64,000 bases of DNA from a virus (IMGVR_UViG_2547132519_000001:1-64000); one strand, 5' to 3'; counted from the stretch's first letter, positions 40,996 to 51,248 are shown. The notes: a model not told the origin generated them from the letters alone. Translations and numbers: made by a program.

Positions 40996-42614
40996 AATGA
41001 ATCCTGCCTGGTCTGATCGTATTTTTGTTTTGCTTTATTTTTGCTGTCAGTAGGTCGCCCACCCTTATTGCCCTGTGGTTCAGTTATCTCACCTCGTCCA
41101 CTAGATGTATATGCGGTCTGCCTACATTTGAAAATTTTCTCAAATCCCTCGTCGTTCTCTTTGGATCGCTTTGCTTTTTCGTCATTTACATCTATACCAA
41201 GTAATTCTAAGCTTGATGCTAGAGAACCATTAAATATAGTATAAAGAGTAGAAGCTAAATCTTTTCGCATTTCAAAGCTAAGTGCTTCACTGTCAATAAC
41301 TTTAATAGTGGGGCAGAATTCAACAGGGAGATTATTATCTACAAGCACCTGTTTATACCATTTTTGCAAGATATCCTCGACTTGTTCAGAAATCATATTT
41401 ATTGTTCTCATAAGCTGTGTTACGGAGATATCAGAGGTACTTACAGATTGACTACCTGAATCCATTAGAAAACTGATACCAAGAGCAGCCAGAACACGAG
41501 AACGATAATTATTGACAGTTTTTGTATCAGTAAGTTCTATTTTGGGTTCTACATATAATATTTCTTCAACTGTTGGTGGAGTAGTAACTACCACTGTGGG
41601 CTGTTTCCAAGCTGCCATAAAATTTTCGTGTGCGTAACTCATTTCCTCAAATCCCTTTTTATTAAACTCAGGTCCCATTACTTCCCTACGAAGTTTTTGA
41701 TGAATTATCTTTTTGGCTTTAGCCTTGCTATTTACCCTATCAGCATTGTCGAAAGTATCAAGCATAAGTAGATCTTTAAGAGTACGAAAGATTGGAGTAA
41801 GACCGTAACTTCGATTCATATTATTAATTCTAATCACCCCAGTATACTTATGATTTAACTTTGCAAAGTCTTCTTTTGCTATAAAAGCATCGTATACTTC
41901 AATAGGGTAGTTTGCTTTTACCTCTTCTTCCATATTTTCGAAAAATAATGGTTTGTTTTTCTTAGTCTTTTTATATATTTTTTGAAGTCTAGACCGTAGT
42001 TCTCTTATATTTAAAAGAACTACGGGGTCTCCATCTATATCATAGTCTCCAAATACACAAACACTGAGAGGATAATAATCAATTTTATATTTATTGTCTT
42101 CATGTCTTAAATAGCAGATATAAGTACCTTCGTCAAAGGTAGTGGGGATAGAATTACGAATAAATCTTTTGATATTAATTGTTTTATTAAACTCTGTGAT
42201 AAAATTCTTGACTCGCTGAAGTTGTTCGGATTTATTTCTTCCAGATATATCCATATCATAAGACAATTTTGTTTTTGTGTTAATATTAGTGGTTATACAT
42301 TCATGTGTTTTTCCAATAATACCGTCTTTATTTATTTCTTTCCGTACAATAGAATTTATAATCTGTATTTTTTTTAAATCATTCTGCGTTCCATCGGCTA
42401 ACTCATCTATATATTCTGGTGTCAGTTTTTCGGACGATGAATTACCATCTTTTAAATAGACAGAATATTTTTGGTTTGATGGATCATACTTAGCAACCGC
42501 ACTGGCAAGCCATTTGTCTGTAATAGATTCTGAAGAAGTAATAATCTCCGTACCATCATTAGATGTAGAACGAATAATTACTTCGTAATCTTCTTTATTT
42601 AAATTTTCTGACAT
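40992..42614 (-). CDS. Portal protein
   Basis: 540 aa directly after terminase; C-terminal GGRP motif. Confidence 0.75.
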   Translation of the reverse strand: MSENLNKEDYEVIIRSTSNDGTEIITSSESITDKWLASAVAKYDPSNQKYSVYLKDGNSSSEKLTPEYIDELADGTQNDLKKIQIINSIVRKEINKDGIIGKTHECITTNINTKTKLSYDMDISGRNKSEQLQRVKNFITEFNKTINIKRFIRNSIPTTFDEGTYICYLRHEDNKYKIDYYPLSVCVFGDYDIDGDPVVLLNIRELRSRLQKIYKKTKKNKPLFFENMEEEVKANYPIEVYDAFIAKEDFAKLNHKYTGVIRINNMNRSYGLTPIFRTLKDLLMLDTFDNADRVNSKAKAKKIIHQKLRREVMGPEFNKKGFEEMSYAHENFMAAWKQPTVVVTTPPTVEEILYVEPKIELTDTKTVNNYRSRVLAALGISFLMDSGSQSVSTSDISVTQLMRTINMISEQVEDILQKWYKQVLVDNNLPVEFCPTIKVIDSEALSFEMRKDLASTLYTIFNGSLASSLELLGIDVNDEKAKRSKENDEGFEKIFKCRQTAYTSSGRGEITEPQGNKGGRPTDSKNKAKQKYDQTRQDSL

Positions 42615-42629
42615 TTTTCACCGTCCTTT

Positions 42630-44480
42630 CTAATCATAAGATATTGAAGAAGAGCAGAGAGGGGCAGAAGAGTAATCAGTAGGTTGTTCATCTTGAGTAA
42701 TTATTTGTCCTCGTCTTAGTTCATACAACCGATGAGCCAACATAATTAGTACATAGAACCGATCATCATGCATAGAACCCTCTTTGTCTTTTGCCAAAGC
42801 ATAAGTCTTTGTTGTTTTGTCAGCATTCTCATATTTATATATTGACGTGGTTTCAAGCTTCATTAAATCAATGTTTGCTAAAGCAGAAATTTCTTTATCA
42901 GATAGTTCATATTTCTCAATTACCTCCTCATCTGAATCCTCTTGTTTTTTAGCCATCGATATAAATTCTTGTTTGAATTCGTATGGGAACTTTATTACAC
43001 CTAAATCCATCAGCTCTATAAATTCATCAACCATCTGTGTCCTATATTTTTTAGGACTAATCAGTTTCAACTTGTCGATAGCATTAGGGTAAAGTTCCTT
43101 ATATCCAGTATATATATCATGAGAAGCATCAATTAATCCCCTATGATGCCGCCCATCATCACCAGTCCAATCATTAAGTAGACCGTCAGCATACGTTGAA
43201 ACACCACCGCCTCCAGCTCCTTGGTCGATTAATAAGCAATCGATATTTTGATAATCATTATATTGCCCGTTATAAAGAGCAAGATATTTTCTGACTTCCG
43301 CTAACTGCCTGTTTGAATCTAATTTATAGCCTTTTTTACTGGCTTTATCAAATAAATTTGCACAGTTTACAATTTCTCCAATGTACCCGTAATTTGGATC
43401 GTTGACAATATTCATAGCTCCAAGAATTGAATTGTCTAGTGTTCTGGCGGGATCTAAAGCAAGACATATAGAAGTGTTTGGTTTGTATGATAATTGTGGA
43501 AGATAAAAGCATTCATTACGTCGTACCGTACCCCATTTAATAATTTGGTTGACTCCACCATCACGAGTGGGCTGATTATAGTATTCCCTTAATGCTTTTT
43601 CTCTGTTGGCTTTCATGGCTGCATCAACCTTGTCCTGCGTTAGTAGGGCCGTATATGGTTTTCCATCCATAAATGTCTTAATGGCCGTATCACATATCAT
43701 ATCCACAACTATGTAATCTCTGTCGCCAGCTATCATTCGCTTGGTGAAGTTCTTATAATGCTGATAGAAAATTTTACTCATGTCATCTTGTGACGAAGCA
43801 TAGACCAACTGCGTTGGGCATTTTCTTTTCAAGGTGTCAGGATTAAATCCTTTGGCAGTGGAGGTCTTGAATTCCGTATTCTGTGTCGCAAAAGCTTCAC
43901 AAACTGCAATAAGTTCATCTGAAGAGAATGCCGCTTCATCAAAGAATACCAAGGTTGCTCGACGTGATCTGTTATTATCAGGGTTTCCATTTAATGTAAA
44001 TATTTCGCTACCATTGTAAAATTCTACATGGAATCCTGACTGGGCATGTCCAAAACCAGTCTTATTATTACCTGACTTTTTGGTTTCCTTTTCAACAATA
44101 TCTTTGAGAGAATCAATAGATGCCGCTGTTTTACCTATACGAAGAACAATCTCTTCAATTTTTGAAAATGTTTCTTTTGACTGATCACCAACGGAGCTTA
44201 CAATATAAATTGCTTGATTTTCATACAAAATCGCTTTGAGAACCATAAAAATAGCACCCAAAAATGATTTTCCAAAGTTTCGGCTACAACACCACAAAAC
44301 ATGTGGTTTATTCCAACTTGCTTGCAGTATGTACTTCTGGCTATCTATGAGTTTTATACCGAGCAAATCTTCACATGCAATACAGGGGTTTCGTCTATAA
44401 TAAGCAATACTTTTAGCGTCTAACTCACAGATACGCTTTTTTCTCTCTGATATTAATTTATGATAAGCCATCGTCGACAC
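42630..44480 (-). CDS. Terminase large subunit
   Basis: Walker A SRNFGKS, Walker B VFFDEAAF, nuclease LALDPA and HDDRF. Confidence 0.9.
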   Translation of the reverse strand: MSTMAYHKLISERKKRICELDAKSIAYYRRNPCIACEDLLGIKLIDSQKYILQASWNKPHVLWCCSRNFGKSFLGAIFMVLKAILYENQAIYIVSSVGDQSKETFSKIEEIVLRIGKTAASIDSLKDIVEKETKKSGNNKTGFGHAQSGFHVEFYNGSEIFTLNGNPDNNRSRRATLVFFDEAAFSSDELIAVCEAFATQNTEFKTSTAKGFNPDTLKRKCPTQLVYASSQDDMSKIFYQHYKNFTKRMIAGDRDYIVVDMICDTAIKTFMDGKPYTALLTQDKVDAAMKANREKALREYYNQPTRDGGVNQIIKWGTVRRNECFYLPQLSYKPNTSICLALDPARTLDNSILGAMNIVNDPNYGYIGEIVNCANLFDKASKKGYKLDSNRQLAEVRKYLALYNGQYNDYQNIDCLLIDQGAGGGGVSTYADGLLNDWTGDDGRHHRGLIDASHDIYTGYKELYPNAIDKLKLISPKKYRTQMVDEFIELMDLGVIKFPYEFKQEFISMAKKQEDSDEEVIEKYELSDKEISALANIDLMKLETTSIYKYENADKTTKTYALAKDKEGSMHDDRFYVLIMLAHRLYELRRGQIITQDEQPTDYSSAPLCSSSISYD

Positions 44481-45561
44481 CGTCCTCTACAGTGGACAAT
44501 TGCGATTTTAGCTCGTCAACCTGTATAAGTAATTGACGCACTTGTTCTTTTTTGTCGTCTAATTCTTTATATAAATCGTCTATGAGTTTTATTTGTATCT
44601 CGTATACCTCTTTTTTGTCGTTTTCATCAAATAGACAATGATCCAAAAGTGCCTTTTGAGATACTGAAATTGCCCACTGTGTTCCATCCCCGCTTAGTTG
44701 ATCATAATAATCAGCTTCTGCTTTGTCGAAATGCTTTTCTCGTAAATCGCGCATTAAATATGTCAATGTCGATTTGCCCACATCTTTATTAGATCTGTTT
44801 TTTACAGAAATCTCATTTTCTTTTGCGATTTTATCATTGCTAGCAACAAGATCTTTTTTTATAATATTAAGAGTCTTGATATCGTTAGCATCTTTAACAG
44901 GATCTAAATTTGCAATTCGCTTATCACAAACATGAATCTGTTTATTGTTATTGACGATTTGCAATATTTGAGAAAGTTTGTAAGCATCTTCAGCGGAGTC
45001 CTCATCTTCTAAATATGGTGCAAGCTGATTAAATAAGAAGCGTCTGTCTTCTTCTGGATAATCTTCAAATGGATCGTATCCAATAAGTTCAATGGCGTAA
45101 TCTCTATTTTGCTTATCTTGCTTAGACCATTTAACTTCTTTGTCTTGATCAAGTTCAATGGAAGTTTTAGCTATTTCACCTGCTAAAATTGATTGTGAAA
45201 AGTCTTGGTATTGATATTGCCGTCCGTTAATCTGACGCATATAAAGTCCCATACTAAAGTTGTTATTGGCTTTTATAATACTATCAAAAAGAGAGTAATA
45301 GTATGGAATATCAAGTTTATAACACATGAATATACATGCTGACTTAGTGTCGTATTTTTTCTCGTAATATGAAAAAAGTTCATTTACACAGTCTTTGCAG
45401 ATGTGTGTAAATTTTGAGTTTTTTGTAAAAGACTCCGACCATGGAGATTTATAAAATTTACCAACCGGATTCTCATAACTTTTTCCGCAACGTAGGCACG
45501 TATAAACGTGAGAATCGTCAAAGTTATCAGTCAAGTCAGCAACTTTGGGTTTTCTTGCCAT
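44458..45561 (-). CDS. Zinc-finger protein upstream of terminase (possible small subunit)
   Basis: CLRC...CKDC; overlaps terminase start. Confidence 0.65.
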   Translation of the reverse strand: MARKPKVADLTDNFDDSHVYTCLRCGKSYENPVGKFYKSPWSESFTKNSKFTHICKDCVNELFSYYEKKYDTKSACIFMCYKLDIPYYYSLFDSIIKANNNFSMGLYMRQINGRQYQYQDFSQSILAGEIAKTSIELDQDKEVKWSKQDKQNRDYAIELIGYDPFEDYPEEDRRFLFNQLAPYLEDEDSAEDAYKLSQILQIVNNNKQIHVCDKRIANLDPVKDANDIKTLNIIKKDLVASNDKIAKENEISVKNRSNKDVGKSTLTYLMRDLREKHFDKAEADYYDQLSGDGTQWAISVSQKALLDHCLFDENDKKEVYEIQIKLIDDLYKELDDKKEQVRQLLIQVDELKSQLSTVEDGVDDGLS

Positions 45562-45719
45562 TTACAATACCTCCTTTGCTGTTTGTATTAAAATAAGCAC
45601 TCACCGCGAGAGCAGTAGTGCTTGTTATAGTTCCTATATTTGATTTTCAAATGAAAGTGCAGACTCAACCATAAAACAGGAGAGGTTAGAAAGTATACCA
45701 CTCACAATGTAATATTTAC

Positions 45720-45959
45720 TTAGATTTTCTTCCATCCAAAAGAAAATAGCATATAAATTAGGACGTTTTCATTTTCATTTCCTACGCAACAGGTGCTACC
45801 CATAGGAGGATATACGTCAAAGTGTGGATCTCCACTAAATGGTCCACTAGCTTTACGTTTAGTTGTTGGAAGATATTCAATTTCCTCCTCTGTGTCTATA
45901 ACAAATTCACATAGGCTTACATTTGGTTTATCGCCAAATCTTAATAATGTTCCTGCCAT
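45720..45959 (-). CDS. Hypothetical protein
   Basis: 79-aa ORF with AAGGAG RBS. Confidence 0.65.
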   Translation of the reverse strand: MAGTLLRFGDKPNVSLCEFVIDTEEEIEYLPTTKRKASGPFSGDPHFDVYPPMGSTCCVGNENENVLIYMLFSFGWKKI

Positions 45960-45967
45960 AAATCTCC

Positions 45968-46177
45968 TTAATTAAAAACGAGATCGCTAGTAAAAGCAAT
46001 CTCTGTAACAACTTTAAGTTTTGTGATTGGAATTGTTTTCATTAATTCTTTTAATTTTGTCTCAACATCATCAAGAACAGTAGAAGAGAAGTCGGTAGTA
46101 GAAGTTTCATCGACCTTTACAAAAGACCAATATTCATATGCTCCATTTGACGTAGATGTCATAATTTTGTATGTCAT
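45968..46177 (-). CDS. Hypothetical protein
   Basis: 69-aa ORF, ATGA overlap with endolysin. Confidence 0.65.
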   Translation of the reverse strand: MTYKIMTSTSNGAYEYWSFVKVDETSTTDFSSTVLDDVETKLKELMKTIPITKLKVVTEIAFTSDLVFN

Positions 46178-47055
46178 GTTGTGCTCCCGTCTGATAACCC
46201 TTTATAATCTAGGGCTCCGTCCTTCAAAGTTGAAAGTACAATTTCACCAGTCACCATCTTGCCCTCAGCGTCTACGGCATAGATTTTGCCAGAGTTTTCT
46301 ACTAACTGAGATGTGCACAAAGCTCCATCTGGGCCTAAATAATACCATGCACCCTTATGTTTATACCATGTATTTTTAATCATGTTACCGGCACCATCAA
46401 ACCAGTACCATTTTCCATCTGCTTTTACCCAATCATTACAGACAGGTAGCCCAGTATCACCATTATAATATCTCCAGTTGTCACCTTCTTGCTGCCAACT
46501 GAATTTCTTTGAGGGAGCATTAATTAAAGCCGATCTAAAATTACTCCATGTATTCTGTGTGTGATTGTAAACATATGGATTAGGACAAATTTTCCCGGTA
46601 ACGTCGTAATGTCTAATTACACGATCAATTGGGATATTATATAGGTTCATTAAATATCTGGTCAGCTCAATGGTTGATTCAATGGTGGAATCTTCAAAGT
46701 ACCAGTCCCTAGAATCGGCTGCTTTAGAATTACTATTTCTTACGCACATTTCAATGTTAATACAGTTTGCATTTTTAGCAATTCCGTACAGTGATCCACC
46801 TCCAGTAGATAATTTTGAACCTCCAACAGCCCAACAGTATCTTGCGATAGGATCTGGATTATACAGCCAGACATCTCCGGAGAATCCTACAAAAAAATCA
46901 GCAGAAGCATCTGTTGTTGTCCTCTGATTATAGTAATTTATGTTTGCCTTGGCGTCACCAGTGGCACCGACGTAATGTATAACTATGTATTCAATTTTTC
47001 CAGGGCGCACAGATGTATTGTGTGTTCCGAAATTTGGATTTCGATTTATATTCAT
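46174..47055 (-). CDS. Endolysin: N-acetylmuramoyl-L-alanine amidase with cell-wall-binding repeats
   Basis: YIVIHY, INIEMC, VIRHYDVTGKICP; KWYWFDGAG repeats. Confidence 0.9.
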   Translation of the reverse strand: MNINRNPNFGTHNTSVRPGKIEYIVIHYVGATGDAKANINYYNQRTTTDASADFFVGFSGDVWLYNPDPIARYCWAVGGSKLSTGGGSLYGIAKNANCINIEMCVRNSNSKAADSRDWYFEDSTIESTIELTRYLMNLYNIPIDRVIRHYDVTGKICPNPYVYNHTQNTWSNFRSALINAPSKKFSWQQEGDNWRYYNGDTGLPVCNDWVKADGKWYWFDGAGNMIKNTWYKHKGAWYYLGPDGALCTSQLVENSGKIYAVDAEGKMVTGEIVLSTLKDGALDYKGLSDGSTT

Positions 47056-47382
47056 GTTTATTTTACTCCTTTCAATAAGATAGGAGAGTTGTTTGCTCTT
47101 CTTTAATTGGTTTAGGATTTTCCGTTCCTATGGCATAGGTTTAAGTCTCTATACCGACTTAAATTGAATCTGATAGGAATTTAATCGTTAAATACTAATT
47201 CGTATTCGCCACCACATTCGCATATATCATCTTTGGTGCATACACACCAATTTTTATTGCTTTGCTCTTTGTTTCCAGTAAATTTTTTCCCGCACTCTTT
47301 ACATGCGAAATTTAATGGTTCTTTACGTTTTTTCACTTATGTACTCCTTTTTATTTATTGGGTAATCAATGAAAGGCGGATT

Positions 47383-48414
47383 CTATATAAATGCTTCGTC
47401 TGATTCGTCAGACTCATCGTTTTTTATGATATAGTGATTTTTTGTGGTCGTTACATCATTATGACCTAATAATTTCTGCGCTACCTCTGCTGATTTATGC
47501 TCGTAAACCACTAAATTTGTAGCTCTTGACTCTCTAAATAAATGAGGATGCACCCGGCGACCAACAATCTCGGCAAATAAATCTGAACACCACCCATTAA
47601 ATGTAGATTCAGATACTTGCCTAACTGTTCCTGTTTTCTTCACCTTAATAACAAACATATATGGATTGTTGTCGTCTCCGCGTATTTCGAGCCATTTATT
47701 GAAAACTTCCATCACTTCTTGTCCGAATTTTAATTTTCTAGGCTTCCCAATAACAGAGGCTCCTTTACAACGTATAGTATGAGTTAAATATCTTTTAGAT
47801 ATAGCCTTTTGCTCATTACCATCCTCATCAATTACAGTAATTTCTTTTTCTGTTGCAGGATAATTCACAACTTCCTTTAAAAGCTGCCTTGCTTCAGCTC
47901 TACGGCAACCTGTGGAATATGAAAACATAAGATAAGCTAATTTCTCCCATTCTTCACGTTTCTCAAGTTCTTCACAGAGGTTGATATATTCGTCAGGTGT
48001 TAGTGGCTCCTTTGGGTGCACGTAACCAGTCTTGACCACCTTCATCTCTTTTGTGACGAAAGATCTGAATGTAGGATATTCTTCTTCATACATCATCATT
48101 ATGTAGTTACATATATTGCTCACCGCTGATTTCTTAAATTTGATTGCAGAATCGGATAACCCTCGGTTTGTCAACCAGTTCAGATATCTAACAAATTCCT
48201 TTTTCTTAATATCCAAGCAACTTTTATTTTTAAGATTATCTTTAACCCAATAAAAGAATATTTTAAGTGCTGATTCATACCCGATTTTTGATTTTACCGA
48301 CAATTCGGCTTGATTTTCCAGATACTCCTTTACCATTTCTCTGTTAAATTCATTTACCTCTTTCCACATCTCGTCGGTTACGTCGTCACTTCTTTTTGCA
48401 ATTTTGGTTTCCAT
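47383..48414 (-). CDS. Tyrosine recombinase/integrase
   Basis: STGCRRAE, HPHLFRESRAT, LLGH, catalytic Tyr in KNHYI. Confidence 0.92.
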   Translation of the reverse strand: METKIAKRSDDVTDEMWKEVNEFNREMVKEYLENQAELSVKSKIGYESALKIFFYWVKDNLKNKSCLDIKKKEFVRYLNWLTNRGLSDSAIKFKKSAVSNICNYIMMMYEEEYPTFRSFVTKEMKVVKTGYVHPKEPLTPDEYINLCEELEKREEWEKLAYLMFSYSTGCRRAEARQLLKEVVNYPATEKEITVIDEDGNEQKAISKRYLTHTIRCKGASVIGKPRKLKFGQEVMEVFNKWLEIRGDDNNPYMFVIKVKKTGTVRQVSESTFNGWCSDLFAEIVGRRVHPHLFRESRATNLVVYEHKSAEVAQKLLGHNDVTTTKNHYIIKNDESDESDEAFI

Positions 48415-48645
48415 ACATTCATCACTTCCCCTCTTTATTAATAAAAATAAGCCCGTATCCTTTGACAGATACGAACCTTCATATAATCAATCTAGCTTTT
48501 CTAACAATGTTTCAATAGTCATCACTTCACCGATAGATACGCATTTATCTTGGCATGCTTCCAGTGCCTCTTTCAAAATTGAAATCTCATCGTCCGTAAG
48601 ATCGATGGTCTTTGTTGCAATATTATACATTTTTTTCACCACCTA

Positions 48646-48927
48646 TTAGATTTCTTTTACATTACTTGAAACCTTAAAGCGGATTTCATCATGTTCAGGT
48701 GTAGTCCAGGTAGATCCCTTTTTATCTCCAAGCTGTACAATTCCGGTTCTTTCGCTAACATGCTTAACAGAAAATGCTCCAAGTCCTGGTAATGTAACTT
48801 TTTCATCTTTATCAGAAGTTAAAGTTTCTTTTACCACATTTGCATATGCTGCTAAAACATCATCAACATTTTTCTGAGATAATTCGGTAGTTTCTGCAAT
48901 ATTCTTTAATACGTCTGTCTTGTTCAT
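48646..48927 (-). CDS. HU-family DNA-binding protein
   Basis: MNKTDVLKNIAE, VTLPGLGAFSV..VSERTG. Confidence 0.9.
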   Translation of the reverse strand: MNKTDVLKNIAETTELSQKNVDDVLAAYANVVKETLTSDKDEKVTLPGLGAFSVKHVSERTGIVQLGDKKGSTWTTPEHDEIRFKVSSNVKEI

Positions 48928-49026
48928 AAAATAAATCTCCTTATAATTTTAATTTTTAGCAAATAAAATAGAAGAGTAATAAGTACTCTTCCGGTTCAAG
49001 TGTTGTGCAACTGATTTAATAAGTAT

Positions 49027-50226
49027 CTAATCTAATTGAATATCGCACAAAGCCTTTATTTTTTTATTTTCAGTGACGACAGTGACTGTTTGCTCTGGTG
49101 CGCCTACAAAGCGCCCATCAATTGCATAAGAGTCCATACCATCGCAACAACCAGATTGAATCACTTTTACTTCGTCAACGGTAGTTAATCCATTTGTATG
49201 CCTGTGTCCCAGAAAGCATAAATCTGGCAAAGGATATTTAGATCTTCTTGCTAATTTAGTCATATTGTAAACTACAGTTTTAGCGCTATCTTTATCGCCG
49301 TGACTTGCATAAACATTCCAACCTCTTACGTTAAATGTTGCAATATTAACATCTAACGTGTTATTTTCAATAAGCACATTCTTAACATTCTTAAAATCTT
49401 TGAGAAGTACATATGGAATTAGTAAGTCAAAATTTTCCCCACGAGCCGATTCTTCTTTATTAGCCGTTGATCTTGAATGATTTCCTGGTGTTGTATATAC
49501 AAATACATTAGAAAAGGCATATCGCAATTCGTCGATGAAGTGTCCGATGACATCAGATACCATTTTTATCTGTTCAATAATATTTTCTTTAGATTCAAGC
49601 CTTGCATTAGTATGAATAAGTCCATGAATCATATCGCCACCCAATATAACATAGGCATTTTGGGAATTGTAGGTAGCCCTAATATCGAATATTTCATCAA
49701 GGTATTTCTTTAATCGTGCCTGCAAAACTTCAAAATTAAATGTATTGAGTGGACTTACAATATCAACCCCCACATGAACGTCAGTGAGATGAATGATCAT
49801 ATCCGTATCACTATCAATAACAGGAGAGGGCGAGTATTCAAATATAACTGGCTCATATTTTTCAATTGCCCTTTTTACTATATTAAATAATTCCTCTCGT
49901 CTGCTTTGTTCTCGTAATATTTTATTAAGACTGGTACGCTCATCATAGAGCTTTTGTTTTTCCTTTTGGAGTTCCTGTCTCTGAATCTGTAGTTCTTTCA
50001 TATGTTTATCAGAGTCACAAGATTCAGATTTTGCATCTCCATACCCCTCCAGATAACTCTTCATATGTTTCCGGTGAGCAGATTCGTCATAGCACACTCC
50101 AAAAGCTTCGTTACACAATCTCCCAATCTCAGGATTACTTAGCCCGTAGAGATCTTTATTCTTATACAATCTTATCCGGTAAGCCTTTGGTTCTTCGTTT
50201 GGCTGTCTTAATGCCTTACTATTTAT
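49027..50226 (-). CDS. Metallophosphoesterase (probable ATA start at 50226)
   Basis: TDVHVG, GGDMIHG, PGNH, SHGD, GHRH motifs. Confidence 0.85.
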   Translation of the reverse strand: MNSKALRQPNEEPKAYRIRLYKNKDLYGLSNPEIGRLCNEAFGVCYDESAHRKHMKSYLEGYGDAKSESCDSDKHMKELQIQRQELQKEKQKLYDERTSLNKILREQSRREELFNIVKRAIEKYEPVIFEYSPSPVIDSDTDMIIHLTDVHVGVDIVSPLNTFNFEVLQARLKKYLDEIFDIRATYNSQNAYVILGGDMIHGLIHTNARLESKENIIEQIKMVSDVIGHFIDELRYAFSNVFVYTTPGNHSRSTANKEESARGENFDLLIPYVLLKDFKNVKNVLIENNTLDVNIATFNVRGWNVYASHGDKDSAKTVVYNMTKLARRSKYPLPDLCFLGHRHTNGLTTVDEVKVIQSGCCDGMDSYAIDGRFVGAPEQTVTVVTENKKIKALCDIQLD

Positions 50227-50243
50227 ACGTCAGCCCACCTTTC

Positions 50244-50477
50244 TTATTCTTCATCGTTTTCAGATTCAATTAATTCCAGGTCCTCATCGGATTTTAACTG
50301 AACTCCAAATTCGATACTCTGATTTTTAAACGCATTAAGTAAATCAGCAATTTTTACTTCTTGCTCAATGTCGTTTTCGTCAACATATGTAATAACGGTT
50401 CCGTCTTCAGACAAAACACCTTTAACTGATAACTTATCTACGATATTTCTCTTGAATGTTAATTTGCTTTTTCCCAT
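50244..50477 (-). CDS. Small phage protein (YonK-like by synteny and size)
   Basis: 77-aa ORF upstream of the phosphoesterase. Confidence 0.6.
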   Translation of the reverse strand: MGKSKLTFKRNIVDKLSVKGVLSEDGTVITYVDENDIEQEVKIADLLNAFKNQSIEFGVQLKSDEDLELIESENDEE

Positions 50478-50545
50478 TGTTTCATTCCTTTCATTCTCGA
50501 ATTTTTACATAAAAATAGAAGAGTACCTTTTACTCTCCAAAAGAA

Positions 50546-50728
50546 TTACATTACCTGCTTGACAATATTAGATTTTCTAATCCTGTTTAAATCGGATATA
50601 CCTTTTCTGGATTCAGTGAAGTAATACTTTTTGTAACGGCTATAAGTATGATGCAAATCGCCTTCATATCCAAATGAATAGCCTAACTTCTGCAACTCAA
50701 CACTTTCTGATTTTGTAATCTGAACTAT
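50546..50728 (-). CDS. Hypothetical protein (probable ATA start)
   Basis: Track start at 50803 lies inside the tRNA; AAGAAGG RBS precedes an in-frame ATA at 50728. Confidence 0.55.
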   Translation of the reverse strand: MVQITKSESVELQKLGYSFGYEGDLHHTYSRYKKYYFTESRKGISDLNRIRKSNIVKQVM

Positions 50729-50773
50729 TGATAAAACCTTCTTTCTAATATGTATTTCCGTATAGTACGGTAA

Positions 50774-50846
50774 CTGGCCAAGTAGGAATTGAACCCACGA
50801 CACTTTGCTTAACAGGCAAATGCTCTACCAACTGAGCTATTGGTCA
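50774..50846 (-). tRNA. tRNA-Asn(GTT)
   Basis: TGACCAATAGCTCAGTTGGTAGAGCATTTGCCT-GTT-AAGCAAAGTGTCGTGGGTTCAATTCCTACTTGGCCAG; one A-C mismatch in the acceptor stem; no encoded CCA. Confidence 0.92.
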
Positions 50847-50939
50847 ATAAAATACCAATGACACCACCACCAGAACGGTATTGTTGCCATTGGTTTGAAA
50901 GGAAAAGAATGAACTGAATAATATGAAGTAAATGAAAAG

Positions 50940-51248
50940 TTAGTTAACGTCTTTATCAAAATAACCGTTCAGCTTTCTATTATAATATCTAGTAATCTTA
51001 GGTTTTACCCGTATTCTTGATTCACATTTAATATCATCATATGTATGAATTTCTTTTTCTGGAATATAAGTACATTCCAAACTTAATCCATCTAAAACTT
51101 TAATAATTATATTCTCAGTAGGAGTTGTAGAAGATAAGTAATCAAAAATAATATTCTCTGTCGTTTTAAATACATTCCGAACTGTTGACACTTTTATATC
51201 TTCTCTCTTAGCAACCTGCTTAATAATATCTTCTTGTGTAACTAACAA
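50940..51248 (-). CDS. HU/IHF-like DNA-binding protein
   Basis: QEDIIKQVAKRE...IIIKVLDGL...RIRVKPKIT pattern. Confidence 0.65.
   Translation of the reverse strand: MLVTQEDIIKQVAKREDIKVSTVRNVFKTTENIIFDYLSSTTPTENIIIKVLDGLSLECTYIPEKEIHTYDDIKCESRIRVKPKITRYYNRKLNGYFDKDVN

Noticed and set aside
47170-47337. Small Cys-rich ORF downstream of the recombinase
   Set aside because: CxxC and CxC halves fall in different frames; possibly a frameshifted remnant, too weak to call
50729-50803. N-terminal part of the 85-aa ORF
   Set aside because: Its start overlaps the tRNA-Asn gene
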